A stretch of DNA of 64,000 bases. It comes from Octopus sinensis (lineage: Eukaryota). Below the pieces are notes generated by a model. It did not search any database. It had not been told where the DNA came from and saw only the letters and a list, made by a program, of their open reading frames with translations. The stretch lies in assembly GCF_006345805.1 (NCBI RefSeq), contig NC_043021.1, positions 18,476,001 through 18,540,000 of the forward strand, in the 5' to 3' direction. A program made the translations under genes and the position numbers. Position 1 is the first letter of the stretch. Every line of letters begins with the position of its first letter. Shown in pieces: positions 1 to 14,750 of the stretch.

Positions 1-129
1 ATTTGCTGTAGACCATCTTTTATACCAAGACAAAACAATGTACATGATAACACTTCCAATCAGTTAAGATCAGAAGCCATGAGAGCCACTGCCTGGTACT
101 GCATCAGGGCATATTATTATCATTATTGC

Positions 130-177
<48 letters not shown>

Positions 178-686
178 GATAAAAGCCGCAAGCTGGCAGA
201 ATTGACAGCATTCTGGGCAAAATGCTTGACATCATTTTGCCTGTCTTTACATTCTGATTTCAAATGCTGTCAGGGTTGACTTTGCCTTTCATCCCTTCAG
301 GGTCGATAAAATAAGTAAGTGTCAAGCACTGGGGTCAATCTAATTGGCTTAGCCCTTTCCTCGAAGCAGCTGGCTCTTTATGTTCTGGGTTCACATCCCG
401 CCGAGGTTGACTTTGCCTTTCATCCCTTTTGTGGGGGTCAATGGAATAGGCACCAGTTGTACACTGGTGGGGGGGGGGGGTCAATGTAATTAACTAAACT
501 CCCAAGCCCCAAATTTCAGGCCTTATGCCTATAAGAAAAATGGATTATTCGTGGTCTCAGTATCATAATTATTATAAAATTAATCACAAATTGGCTCAGG
601 TGTAGCGAGCTTGCACTAATTCATACCTGCCTTAGAGGTGTCATTTCCAAAGTCTCTCATCAAACACACTCTCTCTCTCACACACA

Positions 687-745
<59 letters not shown>

Positions 746-1719
746 CCCCTACCCTTACACCAGATAAGCAAGATTTTATCAAGGACAAAAACTATGTAAA
801 AATGTATAGAAATATCCAAAACCAGCCGCCTTTCTCTGTATATTTTCTAGATTATTTCTGGAAAGTTTTCTAGAATTTTTTTGCAGAATGTTCTCTTTAT
901 TTATTTATCTATTTATTTATTTATTTATTAGCATATATATATATACACATATATATATATATATACACATATATATATATATATATAAAATGTCCTTTCT
1001 TCTCTCTGTCTATTTATATGACCATCCTTCTATCTTTATGAAATAAAATGAAATAAAACAAGAAAAAAGATAAGAAAAAGAGAATGAAGTGAATAAAATG
1101 GTGTTTTTTTTTTTTTATAAACTCCAGAGAAATTGTTGTGGTTTTTGTTTTTAGTGTTTGTGTTGTGTATACAACGACCCAGCTGTGCTTAGATGTAAGG
1201 TACAGGTCTGGCTGTGTGGTTAAGAAGCGTGTTTCACAACCCCCGTGGTTTTGAGTTCAGTTCTACTGCCCGGTACCTTGAGCAAATGTCTGCTATTATA
1301 GTCCTGGTCCAACAAATGCCTCGTGAATGAATTAGCTAGGTGGAAACTGAAAAGGAGCCTATTATAAGTATGTGCGAGTGTATATATATATATATATATA
1401 TTTGTATATATACTTTTGTTAAAGATGAAAAAATTTTCACATACTTTTACTAAGAGTTTCACTTTACCACTTATTGGATAGTTGTGATCATATTCTGGAA
1501 TTGGTATTTTCTTCAAAAAATTTTCCAGTCATTTCTTCTTTCTCTTGTGGAGACTCGCTCGGACTTGTGTATATATGTGTGTGTGTATGTGTATATATAT
1601 ATATATGTGTGTATATATATATGTGTGTGTATGTGTATATATATATATATATGTATGTATGTGTATATATTTACATTTGTGTATGTATGCATATGTGTAT
1701 ATATACATTTGTGTATGTA

Positions 1720-1750
<31 letters not shown>

Positions 1751-2612
1751 ATGTGTATATATATGTATGTGTGTGATTGTGTATACACAAATTTGTGTAT
1801 ACTTATATGTAAAATACGAAATGGGACAAGAACGCAAAACATCCGGACAGTTAGGTGATACAAAAAGGGACAACAAAACATCCAGATAGATAATACAAAG
1901 AAAACAAGGATGGGGTCATTCGAAGTTTTCTTTCCTCAGTCAAGTTCCAGATTATCTTTGCAATTTCAGCTGGCTATACTCGAGATTGCTCCAATCTGGC
2001 CAGCCCCAATGAAAAACTAAGCTAAGAGCATTAGATTCCTTGGAAGAAAGCAGCAAATGTATACAAAACATATATATATATGTATATATATATATATAAA
2101 TATGTGTATATATGTATATGTATATACATGTGTATATGTGTGTGTGTGTGTATATATATATAAATATGTGTGTGTATATATATATATGTGTGTGTGTGAC
2201 AGGCTTCTCTCAGTTTCCCTGTACAAAATCTACTCACAAGGCATTGTTCAATTCAGCACTATGGCAGAAGACACTTGTCCATGGTGCAATGCAGTGATAT
2301 TGAACCCCAAACCATGTGATTGTAAAGTGGGCTTCTCAGCCACACAGCCAGGTCTGCACTGATATGTTTGAAAACAACACAAAACAAAGAAAAAAGGTAT
2401 TCAATCTGAGGTGATGATCCAGTGGTATAAGATCTGTGAGAATCAGAACAGGATCGGTGGATTAGATGGATGGATTTGTAGAGCATGTGATGGATGGAGA
2501 TCGAATAACAACCTGAAGAATATGGCTAAAGTTATTCTCTAACTTAAATCTGTGTGTGTGTGTGTGTTGTTATTTTTGTGGTGAAATTTTTATTTTCTCC
2601 CCCATCCTTCCC

Positions 2613-2653
<41 letters not shown>

Positions 2654-3031
2654 TTCTTCATACATTATATTAACTGATTTTGTGTGTGTTTATCTTCATC
2701 ATCGTTTAACGTCCACTTTCCATGCTAGCATGGGTTGCACGACTTGACTGAGGTCTGGCGAACCAGATGGCTGCACCAGGCTCCAATCTTGATCTGGCAG
2801 AGTTTCTACAGCTGGATGCCCTTCCTAATACCAACCACTCTGCAAGTGTAGTGAGTGCTTTTACATGCCACTGGCACGAGGGCCAGTCTGGTGGTACTGG
2901 CAATGGCCACACTCAAATGGTGTTTTTACGTGCCACCTGCACAGGAGCCAGTCCAGCGGCACTGGCAATGCCCTCGCTTGAATGTTTTTTCACGTGCTAC
3001 GCTCAAATGGTGCCTCTTACGTGTGTGTATG

Positions 3032-3063
<32 letters not shown>

Positions 3064-5124
3064 TACATACATGCACACACGTGTGTGTGTTTACAGTCAG
3101 TTCACAGTCATCTCTCACATAGTTCATACTTTGCTGTTAGTAGTTGGATGAGGGGTGAGGAGTGGAGGTCATATCTCATTTGATTTTTTTCAATTTTGGA
3201 AAAAAAAACTTTTTTAAAGAAATAAACATGAATTAACTTCTAGATGCTTCTTTTGTGGGGTTGGGTGCACGGGGGATTTTGTTTTTTTGTTTTGTTTTGT
3301 TTTTTTTGTCTTTGTTACTGTTATTTAGCCCAGGGTCTACCTGGATTTTGCAATTAATTAAAATACAATTAGGCAGGCTATGATGATGAGGAAGCATAAT
3401 AAGAAAAAACACGAGGTGGTCATGGCCGAGGTGTTTTTTGATCTATCAAAAGACACTTCAGCCATGACCACCTCATTTTTTGTTCTTTCAACTACAGTTT
3501 TTAATGTCCTTCATTTATTTATAATGGTAGGCTGTGAGCTCAGTGAGATTTAGCTGCTATTTCTAGCAAGATGAGTGACCACCTAGATGTTCCCCTTCGG
3601 CCTTGTTGGTCTTGTTGTTGTTGTTAAGGTGTTGTGGGTAGTGGAATCAGTGAAGTGCTGAGTTGTGATATTTAGCCACGACCCTTTATGTTCTGAGTTC
3701 AAATTCTGCTGCAGTCGTCTTTGATTTTAACCCTTTCAGGGTCCGTATAATTTGTGCAAGTCATATACAGGTGGGAAGGGAGTAGTTACGTTATATACAA
3801 TATTCTTCTTCCCATCATAATATACATGGTAGCTGTTTAGCCCTAGGTCAGCCAATATGACCAAAGACATTCCATCCTTTCCCATCCTGTCTTTTCAGAC
3901 AGTGTATCTCAGACATTATCAGACATGTCCTTCCTTTTTAAAAGATAGTAGGGTTTGATTTGAGCCAGATTTGGCTGCTTTTTCTAGCATGTCTGACTAC
4001 TGTATAGAGGTTTCCTTGTAGACTCATTGCTGTCATCATTTAAGATAGTCAACAGTTGGTTTATAGCAGAATCAGTGGAGCACCAGACAAAGTACCTAGT
4101 GATATTTTGTTACATTCTTTTATATTCCAAGTTCACATCTCTCCAAGGTAAACTTAGCCATTCATCAAGATACAGTGAAGGACAGGTACAAATAAATTTT
4201 GGTTAATATAATTTGTGTAATTAATAGTAGAAATAAAATGAGCAAAGGGGAAATAACTGAACTGTGCCAATGCCACAAATATTAATGAATAATTAAAGGG
4301 TTGATGTTCTGAATTTTGTGTTTAGAGAATATTCTCAATTAATTAGAATAGAATTAGGCAGCTTTGATGGCGATGAGGTCTAATAGACTGAAACATGCCC
4401 ATAGTTGTCCCCCACATATTGACTATTTCCCACACATGTTAACCTTTAGATGGCAAACACCATCATTATCATCATCATCACATTATCATCATCATCCCAT
4501 CGTCATCCCATCATCATTATCACATCATCATCATCATCATCATTGTTTAGTGTCTATCGTCCATTCTGGTTTGGGATGATCTGATGGCCCACGGGAGAGT
4601 ATCAAGCTCTGCTGTCTCGTGGGGTCTCCAGCTGGAGGCCCTTCTCAATGCCCTTTCCAACTCCTTTCCAGAATGTTCTGGGCTTTCGGTTATTTTCTGT
4701 CACCATGACTCAGCCAAGTCCAGGAATACAATTCAAAGTTTGTTTTTGCTTTTGTTTTTATATTTGTTTGCTTTTGCTTTTGTTTTTGTTCAGTTTATTT
4801 TGTTTAGTTTTTTTTATTTGTTTTTTTTGCTTGTTTTTGTTTGTTATTACTAATTACTGCATGAAAAGGGACAGGCACAAAGCCTTCAATTTAATTTACC
4901 TTTTTTTTTATGAAGCTTAAATGTAAATTATGCATGATGGATCAGGAATTTGGATTAACGATAAGAAATCAACACCAAATTTTAATTTATATCACCTTAA
5001 CTCTCTCTCTCTCTCTCTCTCTCTCTCCTACCCTCTCTCTCCCCCTCGCTCTCTCTCTTACATACACACACACACACCTGCGTATCTGCATTGCATGGGT
5101 GTATGTATATTGACAGAGATGTGC

Positions 5125-5166
<42 letters not shown>

Positions 5167-5177
5167 GTATATATATA

Positions 5178-5393
5178 CAAGGGTTTGCTGAGAAGTTCCT
5201 GGCTTTGGGTAAAAGAAAATAGAGGAGGATCAGTTAATTATGGGTTTATTCAACATATTCCCTTCTCAGATTCACACACTTATTGCAGTGACCCTTCAGT
5301 TTTTCTAAGCCCTGTAAAAGAACTCAGGAGGTTGGGCCTCCCCAACCAGGCCTTTCGTGATACCCTTAAAGCCAGGAACTTTTCAACACCTCA
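5178..5393. mobile_element. Mariner-type MITE
   Basis: ~28-bp imperfect TIRs with shared core aagttcctggcttt / aaagccaggaactt; TA flanks. Confidence 0.75.
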
Positions 5394-5399
5394 TAAGTT

Positions 5400-5445
<46 letters not shown>

Positions 5446-5862
5446 TACTCACATGTTGTAAATACTTTGTTTGAAATGCAAATTATAAAAGCATTAATCG
5501 TACAGGCGAACGGTTTGTACTATTTGTTGGTATTTCAATATTTCTGGGTAAGGCCCCCCCTCACTTCTTCAGGGAGAAACATTGAAATACCAGGGAATAA
5601 TACTAACCATTGGCCTGTACGGTTAATTTTTTATGACTTGCCTTGTTTTGGCTTTAACTTGGCAGTTCAGCAAAATAGACTGATAGAATAAGTACCAGGC
5701 TTAACAGAAAAAAAATACTAGGGTCAATTCATTCAACAAAAAATTCTCCAAGTCGGTGTCCCAGCATGGTCGCAGTCTAATGACTGAAACAAATAAAAGG
5801 TATAAAATGTGTGTGTGTATATGTATGTATGCTTGTATATGTGTGTGTGTGTGTGAGTACAT

Positions 5863-6320
5863 ATCATCATCATCATCATCGTTTAACGTTCGCTTTCCAT
5901 GCTGGCATGGGTTGGACGATTTGACTGAGGTCTGGCGAACCAGATGGCTGCACCAGGCTCCAATCTTGATCTGGCAGAGTTTCTACAGCTGGATGCCCTT
6001 CCTAACGCCAACCACTCCGAGAGTGTAGTGGGTGCTTTTTACATGCCACTGGCATGGGGGCCAGTCAGGCGGTACTAGCAACAACCCCGCTCGAATATTT
6101 TTACACGTGACACCAGCACAAGTGCCAGTGAGGCAACACTGGTAACGATCACGCTCGAATGGTGCCTTTTATGTGTCACTGGCACAGAAGCCAGTTAGCC
6201 ACTCTGGCAACGATCACGCTCGGATGGTGCTCTTAGCACCCTACTAGCACGGGGCACAAGTGCCAGTAAGACAACGCTGGTAACGATCACACTCGGAGGG
6301 TGCCTTTTATGTGCCACTGA
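5863..6320 (-). mobile_element. Repeat family E: non-autonomous retroelement with ~45-bp subrepeats and (GAT)n tail
   Basis: ggcgttaggaagggcatccagctgtagaaa ... ccaacccatgccagcatggaaagcgaacgttaaacgatgatg on -. Other copies ~2695, 18495, 19660(+), 19970, 32185, 42940(+), 45325, 45565(+), 49075, 61790, 62575. Confidence 0.8.
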
Positions 6321-7539
6321 CACGGAAAATGAAACAACAAAGTCAAAGTGAAATTTCTAGGACGTTTATAAAGAGAAATCTAGTCTTACAGCTTTTTACA
6401 TACCATGGACAAAAAGCCTCTTTACCCATTCTACACTGCACATTCCTTGGATAATGGAACTACCACTCTAACATGCAACATATATTTTTATTCTCATATT
6501 TCCCTTTATACTTACTATATCTCTCCCTTTCCAAAATAACTCCTTATATTGAGCACTACCATTTCCCTCTAGTTAACTCTCTCATAATGTCTCTTATGAT
6601 GAAATATCTTTTATATCCGCGAAACAGCTGTAAGACTACCACTCTCTTTATAAATGTCCTAGAAATTTCACACTGCCTTGGCTTTGTTTCATTTTATTTA
6701 ACATATACACACTCACACACGACCCGCGTTAGACTTCTCACTTATACTATTATCGAATCGGGAGTCTAACCGCGGTCCTTCCGTAGTACTTTCATACCCT
6801 TACCTGCCTTTTGGGTCTGCTGTATACCAAAACTTCTTATATTATATATGTTTGTATGTACACACATACACACATGTTTATACACATATATATTGATATG
6901 TAGCTGTGTGTATAACTATACCTGTATACATATATTTATACATACACACCTATTACTTTGTGAATATTCAACTATTAGAGGGAATTCACAACTTGAGCAG
7001 TGAGACATGTGTGATCTTAATGCTGTACTTACACTATAGAAATACACAACTTAGGTTTCATGGCATGGGAGCTATTTTCACACTTTTAAGCTGTAAGTAT
7101 TTACCCGAGACAAAAAGGATGCCAACCAACCAACAGTTTAAGGAAAAGAGGGCATAACTTATTAAAATTACTTGTTTCAACCCTTTTCCCCTTCAGTGTT
7201 GAGGTTAATGTTGGTAAGAAGCTTTTGACCCTTTTATAGACACAATTTCAACAAAGTCATCAATACAGGAAGGTTTTTTAAAAAGCTATAAACATCAGCT
7301 ACAGCTGTTCCACCAAGATGTAGATATTTATTCCCAGAAAAACCAATCGAACCTGATGTTCTGGATTGTTTGTGTTTGTTCATCCAAATATACAATGTTG
7401 AATTAGTCACATATGAAGTGAAATTTACCTCAAACAGACCCTGTCCACCATGTCACTTCCATCAGACATTGGGATGGTTGAAGACAGAAATTCAATGAAC
7501 AGTTTTATAACTCTGACATCCGGCAGCTGACTTGGCAGA

Positions 7540-7940
7540 CACCCATAAAATTATCAACCATTGTACAAACAATAACTCTGAGCACCTTTTCAAACTCCAC
7601 CCGTCTAACACCCGTGGACATGTTTACAAAGTCAGAAAACAGCACAGCTCCCATGACTTTCAGAAACATTTTTTCACGCTGAGAGTTGCTGAAGCGTGGA
7701 ACAAACTGCCGGCATCAGTTGTTAGTTGTCGGAGCACTGCATCCTTCAAAACTTCCATGCTTCCTGAGATTCGCCAACACTACACCTGATTGTCTCCCCT
7801 CCATACACACACAAGCATGTATCTGACTCATACATTGTTCGCTTTCCAGACATTTGTACATTACTGCATATACTCTATACGCACTTTCTGACAAGTTGTG
7901 GTGCACCTGAGCACTGTATACAATAATTTCATTATTATTT
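7540..7940 (+). mobile_element. 3' end of CR1-clade LINE
   Basis: TRGHVYK...KHFFTLRVAEAWNKLPASVV...FK C-terminal motif, 3' UTR and (att)n tail. Confidence 0.8.
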
Positions 7941-8625
7941 ATTATAACCTCGACACAATCTTCAAGGTACACCATGGCCAACCATATTTGAAAACTGTGG
8001 TGCTCAGTACAGATATTTGGTATCAGATGGGAAAATTCTTGAAATATCCAAAATCATATATGCCAATGGAACAAGGAAAGGCCAACTTTTTATCCTGGCA
8101 TACAGTTGACTCCCCTCCAGTCTAAACAGACATTTACACTACACCCCTCTCTATAATCTAGATATTGACCTCTCCCTTACATTAAGCATATTTTCAGACA
8201 GAAATATTACTCACGAAATATCCGTTATACAAATCAGCGGAACTTCCCTGTCAGACAACACATGGCATACGGCAAAATTCAGCCTTTTTCTACCACTTTA
8301 TCAATTCGCTTCTTTTCTTCCTTTGCAAATGCACTTGCAATCTAAGGGACATAACTTGCCTGACAAGAATGTGAGTAACTGCCCCTAGTTAACATTTACG
8401 CTCTCTCTTCTTTTTCTTTGATTTTCTGGTTCTGTTTGGCCGAATGAATTGGATGATGAACAGGAGTTGGCGTTTATCACAAGCTGTAAATAGCTGATGT
8501 GCCATGAAACTTGAGTAACGTGTGGTTATTTTAAGTACAGTGTAAAACCTCTTAGATATCCGTGTGTGTTTGTGCGCTTGGGCCATTGCACTCATGAGTA
8601 ATACATCGGAATGTTGACTTCACAC

Positions 8626-8683
<58 letters not shown>

Positions 8684-8937
8684 TATATATTAAATAATGA
8701 GGGAGATAAATTGAATATTAATTTAATTAATATCAATTAAAACCAGTAGCCTAGCATACAAAAATCTGAAAAATCAGAAAATTCTAATACATGTGTATAT
8801 TTAAAGGGCTAGAAACCACTATGTGGACAGGCATATGCTAGAAATAGATCACCTACGATCAAACTACAAAGAAAGAATGTTCTCTAGAGAAAATCCAGCG
8901 GACACCAGAACAATAGGCGGGCAAGACAGATGAAAAC

Positions 8938-8969
<32 letters not shown>

Positions 8970-9489
8970 AATACACACACACAAACATATATATATATAT
9001 GTGTGTGTGTGCGTGTATATATATATATATATATATATATATGTGGAGTGGCTGTATGGTAAGAAGCTTGTTTACCAACCACATGATTCCAGGTTCAGTC
9101 CCACTGTGTGGACCTTTGGGCGAGTGTCTTCTACTATAGCCTCAGGCTAACCAAAGCCTTGTGAGCAGATTTGGTAGACAGAAACTGAAAGAAGCCCATC
9201 ATATATATGTTTGTGTGTCTGTGTTTGTGCCCCCAACATCGCTTGACAACCAATGGTGGCGTGTTTACGTCCCCATAACTAGCCACATGCATGCATGTGT
9301 GTGTGTGTGTGATGGGCTTCTTTCAGTTTCTGTTTACCAAGTCTACTGTACAGAACATTTGCTCTTGGAGCCACACAGTGGGATTGAACCTGAATCCATC
9401 TCTGCACCCATATATGTGTGTATGTATGTATATGTGTTTGTATAATGTATGTATATGTGTGTATATATATGTATATATATACATATATG

Positions 9490-9525
<36 letters not shown>

Positions 9526-9787
9526 TATATGTATATATAAGGTCAACATTGTGATTAGCTGAATGCTTTGGCCATTTCTGTTCTCGGTCTTCCAATCTGG
9601 TCCATGTCTAAGGGAAGGCAGAAGGGTTGACAAAAGAAACTCAAGCAACAGCAGCCGACTTAAGCAGAGGCTCTGTGAGGTTAAAAGCATCGTCAGAAAC
9701 CTGGAGAAAAAACATTTGGGACACCAAAGTGTGAGTGAGTGGTTCTGTTGAGAAAAAGAAGACCGCCAAATTTTGTATTGTACTGAA

Positions 9788-9997
9788 CCCTTTAGTGTTT
9801 AAACCGGCCATATCAGGCCAAAATAGTCTTCCTGTTTTATGCTCAAACCAGCCAGCTCTGACCTCTCACACCTACCCTACAAAGTCAGTCTAAAAATAAA
9901 CAGGGGCATCATCAAAATCCCAGAGTTACAAGATGCTGTACAATTAATTTAAAACAATGTAATTAAACATTGACAGATTAATCTGAATGCTAAAGGG
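9788..9997. mobile_element. piggyBac-type MITE
   Basis: ccctttag ... ctaaaggg termini, TTAA on the right, tgaa on the left. Confidence 0.7.
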
Positions 9998-10373
9998 TTA
10001 AAGACTTGTAGGATGCCATTGAAGCAACAGCTTGAGCCTGTGACCATAATCAGAGGCTGTGGGTTGATTTGGTGAGAACCTGTCTGCACTCTTTGTAATC
10101 AGAGTTCACTCAGGCTTTGGATGAATTGAGATATTACAGGTAAACTGAACAAAGAAGGAAGACCCATCGTTTAGGAAGACCAGAATAGAATCTAGTGGAG
10201 TGCCTCTGTTGATTCCGGATGAATTCTGTACACGGTATATACAACCAACTCTGTCCAAAAGAAAGTTCTTAGTAACAGTTTTCACCTTCCATGCTTTACA
10301 TATATGTACAGTTATGTCCAAATGAATTGACCATATGTATAAACACACACACACATGTATGTGTGTATATGAA

Positions 10374-10710
10374 GGCACATGGCTCAGTGGTTAGAGCGTC
10401 AAGCTTACAATTGTGAGGTTGTGAGTTCAAATCCTGGACCAGGCTGCGTGTTATGCTCTTGAGCAAGACACTTTATTTCATGTTGCTCCAGTTCACTCAG
10501 CTGTAGAAATGAGTTGTGACATCACAGGTGCCAAGCTGTATCGGCCCCTTTGCCTTTCCCCTTAGATAACATTGGTGGCATGGAGAAGGGAGGCTGGTAT
10601 ACATGGGCGGCTGCTGGTCTTTCATAAACAACCTTGCCCGGACTTGTGCCTGAGAGGGTAACTTTCTAGGTGCAATACCACGGTCAGTGATAACCGAAGG
10701 GGGTCTCAGC
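10374..10710 (+). mobile_element. tRNA-headed SINE family C
   Basis: A box tggctcagtgg, B box gagttcaaatcc; reverse copy at ~21924-22262. Confidence 0.8.
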
Positions 10711-11999
10711 ATATATACACACTTATACACTAGTTTCTCAAAGTGTTTGTGTCATCATCATCATCATATAAATGTCCACTTTCTCTTGCTTGCATGGGTC
10801 AGATGGAATTTGTTGAGACAGATTTTCTGTGGCTGGGTGCCCTTCCTGTCACCAACCCTCACATTCTTTCCAAGTGTGGTAATATTTTTTTGCATGGCCA
10901 AACAGGTTTATGATGGAAGTTAGGGTATGAATAACCTGGTTTCGATGGTTATTGATGGTTGTATAACAACCATTCCATGATGTCAAACAAACTGGTGCTC
11001 CATTGGTTATGATGACTCGTATTCCAGCTGATCCGATCAACGGAACAGCCTGCTCATGAAATTAACACACAAGTGGCTGAGTACTCCACAGACATGCATG
11101 CTCTTAATATAATTCTCCAGGAGACTCAGCGTGACACTGTGTGTGGCAAAGCTGGTCCTTTCAAATACAGGTGAGTGGACAAGAGCAATGTGGAATAAAA
11201 TAACTTGCTCAAGGTCACAACACATCTCCAGGAATCAAAATCATGGCCTAACAATTGTGTATCAAACACCCTGACCACTTAGCCATATGCCTTCACAGCA
11301 AGACAAGAAAGTACACACACACACATACATGCACACACATATACATACACACATACATACACATACATACATACACATACGTGCATATACGAGATACTTT
11401 CTATTTCAATCTACCGGATCCACTTACAAGACTTTGATTGTCTCAGGGCTATATAATAGAAGGCGCCAAAGTGCCATATGGTGGGACTGAACCCAGGACA
11501 GCATGGTTTGGAAGGAAACTGCTTAACCACACAACCATTCCACCTGTGTGACTTTGTGGCTGGGGTCCTGGTTTTGATCCCATTGTGTGCCATTTTGGGC
11601 AAATGCTATTTTCTGCAGCTTTGGGTTAAGCCATCCCTCATGAGTGAAGTTGATAAGAGGGGAAACTGTACTGAAGACTTGAGTGGTCCATCTGTGTCTC
11701 ACACACTGTGTCCTGCTGACTGTACTTGAGAATCACATTAAGGGTGGACATATGGCTCTGGAATACTCAGCCACTTATGTGTTGATTCAAGAGCAGATAA
11801 TCCAGTCTCTCAAACCACTGAGATCCCTGCCATTTTGTAGATGTTACTGAAAATGTATTAAAACAGAAGATCCTGTTTTGAGATTTAGTTTTAGACACCA
11901 GTGTGACTGAATGGTAACAAGCTTGCTTCCCAACCACCTGACTAAAAATTCTTCAAGGTGGTGCCCCAGCATGGCCACAGTTTAATGACTGAAACAAAT

Positions 12000-12380
12000 G
12001 GAAGCACTCCGTCGGTTATGACGACGAGGGTTCCGGTTGATCCGAATCAACGGAACAGCCTGCTCGTGAAATTAAAGTGTAAGTGGCTGAGCACTCCACA
12101 GACATGTGTACCCTTAACGTAGTTCTCGGGGATATTCAGCGTGACACAGAGAGTGACAAAGCCGGCCCTTTGAAATACAGGTACAACAGAAACAGGAAGT
12201 AAGAGTGAGAGAAAGTTGTGGTGAAAGAGTACAGCAGGGATCACCTCCATCCCTGCTGGAGCCACGTGGAGCTTTAGGTGTTTTCGCTCAATAAACACTC
12301 ACAACGCCCGGTCTGGGAATCGAAACCGCGATCCGATGACCGCGAGTTCGCTGCCCTAACCACTGGGCCATTGCACCTCC
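12000..12380 (-). mobile_element. tRNA-headed SINE family D, young copy nested in a SINE A tail
   Basis: A box tggcccagtgg, B box ggtttcgattccc; perfect 12-bp TSD actgaaacaaat (11988-11999, 12381-12392). Older copies ~11010-11290(-), 56560-56870(+). Confidence 0.88.
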
Positions 12381-12614
12381 ACTGAAACAAATAAGAGATA
12401 ACAGACAAAACGTAGTACTCAATACTAACATTCAGATAACATATGAACGTTTATAGAACATTCCTTGTAAAAATATTGTGTGGGATCCTGAGATAACTCC
12501 TTGTATTTGGAGACATTATGTGATATCTGGAAATTCAAGGAGATTTAGGGGCTGAATGAGTGCCTGGCACCAACCTTCCACCATGTCTTTTTTAATTGGC
12601 ATTACCTTATTTTA

Positions 12615-13035
12615 GACTCCCATAAAATTATTAACCATCTTACAAACAATAACTCTGAGCACCTTTTCAAATCCACCCGTCTAACACCCGTGGACATGTT
12701 TACAAAGTCAGAAAACAGCTCCCATGACTTCAGGAAACATTTTTTCACGCTGAGAGTTGCTGAAGCATGGAACAAACTGCCGGCATCAGTTGTTAGTTGT
12801 CGGAGCACTGCATCCTTCAAATATTCCATGCTTCCTGAGATTCGCCAACACTACACCTGATTTTCTCCCCTCCATACACACACAAGCATGTATCTGACTC
12901 ATACACTGTTCACTTCCCAGACATTTGTACATTACTGCATATACTTTATACGCACTGTCTGACAAGTTGTGGTGCACCTGAGCACTGTATACAATAATTT
13001 TATTATTATTATTATTATTATTATATTATTATTAC
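12615..13035 (+). mobile_element. Second copy of the same CR1-clade LINE 3' end
   Basis: Nearly identical to 7540-7940, longer (att)n tail. Confidence 0.8.
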
Positions 13036-13912
13036 TATTTCTTGATTAATTTTATCGTCTGTTATATCCACACTGGCATGGGTTGGGTGGATACTTATTT
13101 GAAACTATACGATTAGATACTCTTCCTGTCCCCAACCCTTCCCAATTTATCGAGTATGGGATTTACGTTTTATTCATCTCGAATTGGAAAGCAAGGAACT
13201 AGTGGATGTATTGTTCATGGGAATGTAAACATTACATCAGCATTTTTTGCTCAGATGACCTCAGGGGAAGATGCAAAAAGGTTAACATTCACTCTCTCAC
13301 GCATCAAAGTATAGAAAACGGATGTATATAATGAGCTTCCATACGCGTCCCGTCTACCATTTCCACTTGTGTTGTACACATATTTCATAGGATTTTAGCT
13401 GTGTTATCTCCCTTGGCTCACGTTTCTCCTTTTTTGTTGTTGTTGTTGTTGTTGTATGTGTGTAGTCTCCCTTAGAATATTCTTTTCTTTTCTACTCTAG
13501 GCACAAAGCCTGAAATTTTTGGGGTGGGGGCCAGTCGATTATATTTCTTTACTACCCACAAGGGGCTAAACATAGAGGGGACAAACAAGGACAGCGAAAG
13601 GGATTAAGTTGATTATATTGACCCCAGTGCATAACTGGTACTTAATTTATCGACCCCGAAAGGAACCCTTATCAACCATGAACCCTTATCAAAGACATTC
13701 CATGCACGACAATCCTGTCTTTGTTTTTCTTCTGGGCACTGTGAACTAAGAATTCCATATTCCACATGATGATGATGATGATGATGATGTGCATAATGAC
13801 GATAAAGGAATGACTTGTTTAGCCTATGGTCAACTCAGATCAACCGTATCTATGATCAAAAGACATTCCAGCTTTGACCATCTCATTATTTTTATTTTAC
13901 AATTATGGTATT

Positions 13913-14123
13913 CAGTAGTCTCTTGATTATCACAGGTGTTACATTCCAACCCCCCCCCCCCCCGTGATAGGTGAAAATCTGCAAAGTAGAAACAGTACTG
14001 TATATTTTTTTATTATTATTTTTATAATTTATATATATTTATTTTATTATAAATGCAAAACAACACCACAGAGGAATCGACGTAAGCTTAAATAATAAAC
14101 CGCGATATGGCGAAGGATTACTG
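13913..14123. mobile_element. Tigger/pogo-type MITE
   Basis: cagtagtctcttgattatcac ... cgcgatatggcgaaggattactg|ta imperfect TIRs. Confidence 0.55.
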
Positions 14124-14437
14124 TATATATTTGTGTGTATATATATATATATATAGTACAAAGTAAGGTAGGGGTTATGCAGGGTAACCCACTATGGGAT
14201 ATCAGTTATCCAATATATTTGACTAATATAGGCAGAATGAGATACTTTTATCTATAGGCTGAAACAGCTGTAAGGACCATTTTATGTGTATTACTCTTAT
14301 GGTATTATTAATTTGCATGTTGATGTATATTGTTTTGTTGGATTTGGATGTTCCTATTTATACAGTTAATAAATTATATGAAATGGTAATATCTTAAGTT
14401 GATGATTGAAATGAATTTGTCCCTCCATTTTCTTATT

Positions 14438-14488
<51 letters not shown>

Positions 14489-14750
14489 ATCACATCATGT
14501 AGTTGGTATTTTTTTTAAGAAGATTAGAGAGGATTTGAAGAGAGTTTGGCTGCCATTTCAAGCAGATTCAGTGACCACGTAAAGGCTATCTTTTACATTG
14601 CAGGAAATGATGATCATGATGATGATGATGGTGTTAATGGTGTTTTATAACATTGTTGTCCCTTGATGTGTTTGTTTTCTTGTTTCCCCAACCCAAAACG
14701 TTTCAACAACAACAACAACACCAACAATAATGCCTGTTGTTTCTCTTCAG

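Noticed and set aside
1905-1945. Minus-strand CUGAGGA...GAAU (and CUGAAGA...GAAU near 15090-15125) in family G
   Set aside because: A15.1 is missing and no matching stem I or III; at most a distant relic.
8490-8525. CUGAUGU...GAAAC-UUGA-GUA
   Set aside because: Core ends in U, there is no room for stem II, and no stem I.
10374-10445. tRNA-like heads of SINEs as tRNA genes
   Set aside because: They have A/B boxes but no complete cloverleaf and continue into SINE bodies.
1-14750. Search for upstream 5-phosphatase exons (e.g. SDHKPV motif)
   Set aside because: None found by eye; candidates near 7190 and 10105 are too short or closed by stops.
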